Shown: in pieces, positions 61,024-64,000 of the stretch
How positions within the stretch are numbered: the stretch's first letter is position 1
Layout of the letters: every line of letters begins with the position of its first letter
Assembly (NCBI RefSeq): GCF_037042905.1
Contig: NC_087251.1
Coordinates: forward strand, 27,406,001 to 27,470,000
Length of the DNA: 64,000 bases
From: Lytechinus pictus
Lineage: Eukaryota
Direction of reading: 5' to 3'
Translations under genes and position numbers: made by a program
The notes under the pieces: model-generated
Databases searched by the model: none
What the model saw: the letters and a program-made list of their open reading frames with translations, nothing else
What the model was told of the DNA's origin: nothing

Positions 61024-62993
61024 TATGTGATGTATAAGTAAAATTGTCATGAACATGATTTCGATCTAAATACATCACATATTGGTTAAGAAGGTGATAA
61101 ATACCTTACTTTGAAATTCAAAATGGCTGCCATAGGACCCCAAAGTAGTATGTACATTGTAACTGGGGACAGATAATTTTGACAGAATTTTTACTATAAA
61201 AATTGCTTAATTTGATGTAAGTGTAAGGTATTGTCTAAACCCAATGATTTCTAACGAAATATATCATAGCTTGTGTCATAAAGGTGATGAATGCTGCATT
61301 TTGAACTGAAAATGGCCGCCATAGTCCCTAATCTTAATATGTAAAATTTGAATAGGGGAAAGATTATTTCCACAAAAAGCATATTGCAGCCATTTTGGAT
61401 TTTAAAATATAGCATTTATCGCCTAAATAACATAAGAAATGATCTATTTCGCTAAAAATCATATTTTCAGACAATATTTCACTCATACATGTAACACCAT
61501 TTAGTCAAGCAAAGCCAAATTTCTGTTGAAATTATTATGTTCCCATTCACATAGTACATAATAGACCTACCGTTAGGGCCATGTAACGGCCATTTTGACT
61601 TTAAAAATACATTATTTATCACCTACCTGGCAGAATAAATGATACATCTTGTTAGAAATTATGTTTTCAGGCAATATTTTAATCTTAGATTAAAATTATA
61701 TGCATATTATGGTGCTGACTCCTGTGAAAATTGGCTTCCCAGATCGATTTTACATAATAGGCAGTCAGTGTCTTTGGTGGCCATTTTGAAAATCAAAATA
61801 TATTTTAACACAAACATTAAACCCGAATAATATATTTCGTTGAAAATTATATTTTAAGGCAGTATTCCACTAATTTACCACAAAAACATGCGTTTAAGCG
61901 CTCACCTTGTGATTGGTTTTGTCCTCTCGAACATCTTACATTATAATTGTAGGGCCTTTGACGGCCATTTTAAATATCAAAACACACGATTTATCACATA
62001 CATGGAATGTTAAATAATAAATTTCGTTAACAATATGTTTTTAGTCAATATTCCACTCGTTTATCTTAACAAAATGCATTTTAGTACTCACTCTTGTGAT
62101 TTTTTTGTCCCCATTCACATTGTACATCATAGTGATAGGGCTTCTGGAGGCCATTTTGAATATCAAAATACAGGATTTTATCACATACATGACATAACAA
62201 ATGATATACATCGTTAGCAATCATGTTTTCAGACATTACTTCACACATAGATCATTATTACTTGCATTTTAGTGCTCACTTTTGTGAAAATTAATTTTCC
62301 CCATTCATATTGTATCTATGGCGGCCATTTTGAATATCAAGAAAATAAATATTTTTGTCAAATATCATTTTTTCAGAGAGTATTTCACTCCGGCTGCACA
62401 ATTGCATGTACTTTTTAGCCAATGTGTGGACAATTTTATAATTTTCATGGGTAATTTGATGATTTTGGCGGCCATATTGGATTTTGCCAATTTGCGGAAA
62501 ATGCTCAAGGTTATAAGAGTGGCATCATTCAGATTCGGAATCAGCACCCTCGAATTGACAAGAAACCATAAAAAACATTGTATATCTAAAAAAAACAAGG
62601 TACGACCCCTTCTATCCTGGACTAGTGGGGACGTATAGACTGAAAGAAGAGAGGTGATCCATTAACCTGCCAAATGCGTTGCTATGTCAGTGTATAAGGA
62701 TTTCAATTTTGTCATGTTGAAATTGCAAGAACAGCAACAACAAGTTCCCAAACGAAACCCGTATTAAAATCTCACATTCTTAAGCATACATTCAGGTTGC
62801 TCTTAAGAATAAAATTTGAATTGGATTGCTGGACATAGCAACAAGTTATGTAGCATAATATGCAAGCTGAATTCCAAAGCATCGGAGCTTATTCATTCAC
62901 TTTGAGCAATTAACATGTCTATTTATTAGGTTTCCAGGAAGGAAACAAGATCATGAAAGCCTGCCCAATCCTGCAACACAATTATAACTGTGG

Positions 62994-63180
62994 ATAGACC
63001 CGTTTACCAATATATTCAAACTTTCATACATCATTTTCAAACAAAAGTGATTCTTGACAACATTCCAAGTATTCCAAGTATCGCAGTTCATACATTAAAC
63101 AGGTCGATGGAATACTTGGTCCACAGGAAAGAACCATCCATACAATTTTGAATCACCATCATCACTGTAAACGGGTCTAT
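62994..63180. mobile_element. MITE
   Basis: TIRs atagacccgtttac / gtaaacgggtctat. Confidence 0.55.
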
Positions 63181-63829
63181 TGAATAACTCATTTCGAGCC
63201 TTCATATGGCATTGTTTGGTAAAAAAGAAAACACACACACACACAAAACCTAATATTGCTGGTTGCTAGGTCAGACAAAGACATTACCGACATTTTAATA
63301 GCGATCTGTATAATTTGTCTATAGTAAGAGGGCAGCCGTTGTTACTTGCATGTTGCAATGGTCAGAATTCAAGCTGCATATACAAGTTTGTTACGTCAGG
63401 CAAAGGGGTTTTCATTCTTAGCAAGTACAAGTAAACTGAAATTTACAAAGGTGTCGTCTGGTGAAGAACAATGACATCATTTTGAGGGATTGGAAATACT
63501 CCAAATTCTTAGTGATTTTCAACCGAAGACGACAAGATCCGTATCCGTGCATGATTTAAACATTCCCGAAGTGATCAGATATTACTATTGTTTTCCTCCT
63601 GTAGCAAGGATCTTACACCATGAACCATGCACCTGGAATGTTGCTGTGTCTCCAGGGCCATTGTGTTGGTAATCGTTTGCAGGAATTGTCCACTTTTCAA
63701 GAGAATTACTTCAGATTATGCAACTTTTTATTCTTTAACAGCCTGAGAATCAATGGTATAGTTGACCTATCTATGTCAGGAATTCACCAAGAATGTGTCA
63801 CTTTGAGGTACGAGATGGCGAAGAGAGTG

Positions 63830-63837
63830 TATATAAA
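63830..63837 (+). promoter_or_regulatory. Probable TATA box of the downstream secreted-protein gene
   Basis: tatataaa about 110 bp upstream of a signal-peptide ATG, followed by more GC-rich leader-like sequence. Confidence 0.5.
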
Positions 63838-63941
63838 CTGCTACCCAGGCTCCTTCGCCACACCTTGTCTTTAGTGGGTCCAGGCTGGTCGGACGTATCT
63901 CTGTCAATCTGCTCATGCACCAAGCAACCACGAACTTGACC

Positions 63942-64000
63942 ATGCAGTCTGTTGTCGCCTTTCTAGCCGTTCTGGTCGGGGTAGCCGTTGCCGTCAAGCC
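63942..64000 (+). CDS. 5' start of a secreted or membrane protein (signal peptide), truncated by the window edge
   Basis: acc ATG, then MQSVVAFLAVLVGVAVAVKP..., a typical signal peptide with an AVA-VK cleavage motif. An in-frame upstream ATG lies at 63915. Confidence 0.6.
   Translation, partial: MQSVVAFLAVLVGVAVAVK

Larger units (their letters stand above)
59158..62624. mobile_element. 3.5-kb foldback non-autonomous element, superfamily unassigned
   Basis: TIRs of about 300 bp (tagtccaggatag... / ...ctatcctggacta). Internal ~180-bp degenerate repeats carry caaaatggc(c/t)gcc and switch orientation near 61350. No clear TSD. Confidence 0.75.

Overview
AT-rich, intron-rich animal genomic DNA, probably an echinoderm (sea urchin), inferred from the SNAP-25 sequence and repeat types. 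It is not prokaryotic, and almost all ORFs in the supplied track are spurious. Three + strand genes can be read by hand. (1) The 3' half of SNAP-25: linker exon 6205-6342 and SN2 exon 13398-13542, followed by three paralogous terminal exons (16994-17056, 22488-22556, 28416-28484). Each is an intact, in-frame, divergent version of the C-terminal SNARE helix; the first two lie behind very long AG-free tracts. This alternative-last-exon array is the most interesting feature. (2) A five-exon, 338-aa type I membrane protein (35678-54517) with signal peptide, six-Cys ectodomain, one TM helix and a PPxY tail, i.e. Shisa-like/WBP1-VOPP1-like architecture. (3) The TATA box and signal-peptide start of a secreted-protein gene at the right edge. 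The rest is dense with non-autonomous DNA transposons (Tc1/mariner-, hAT-, Harbinger-, Kolobok- and Helentron-like), including multi-kb foldback elements and nested insertions, plus a tRNA-derived SINE, LINE remnants and microsatellites. All calls are from manual reading; no database search was run.
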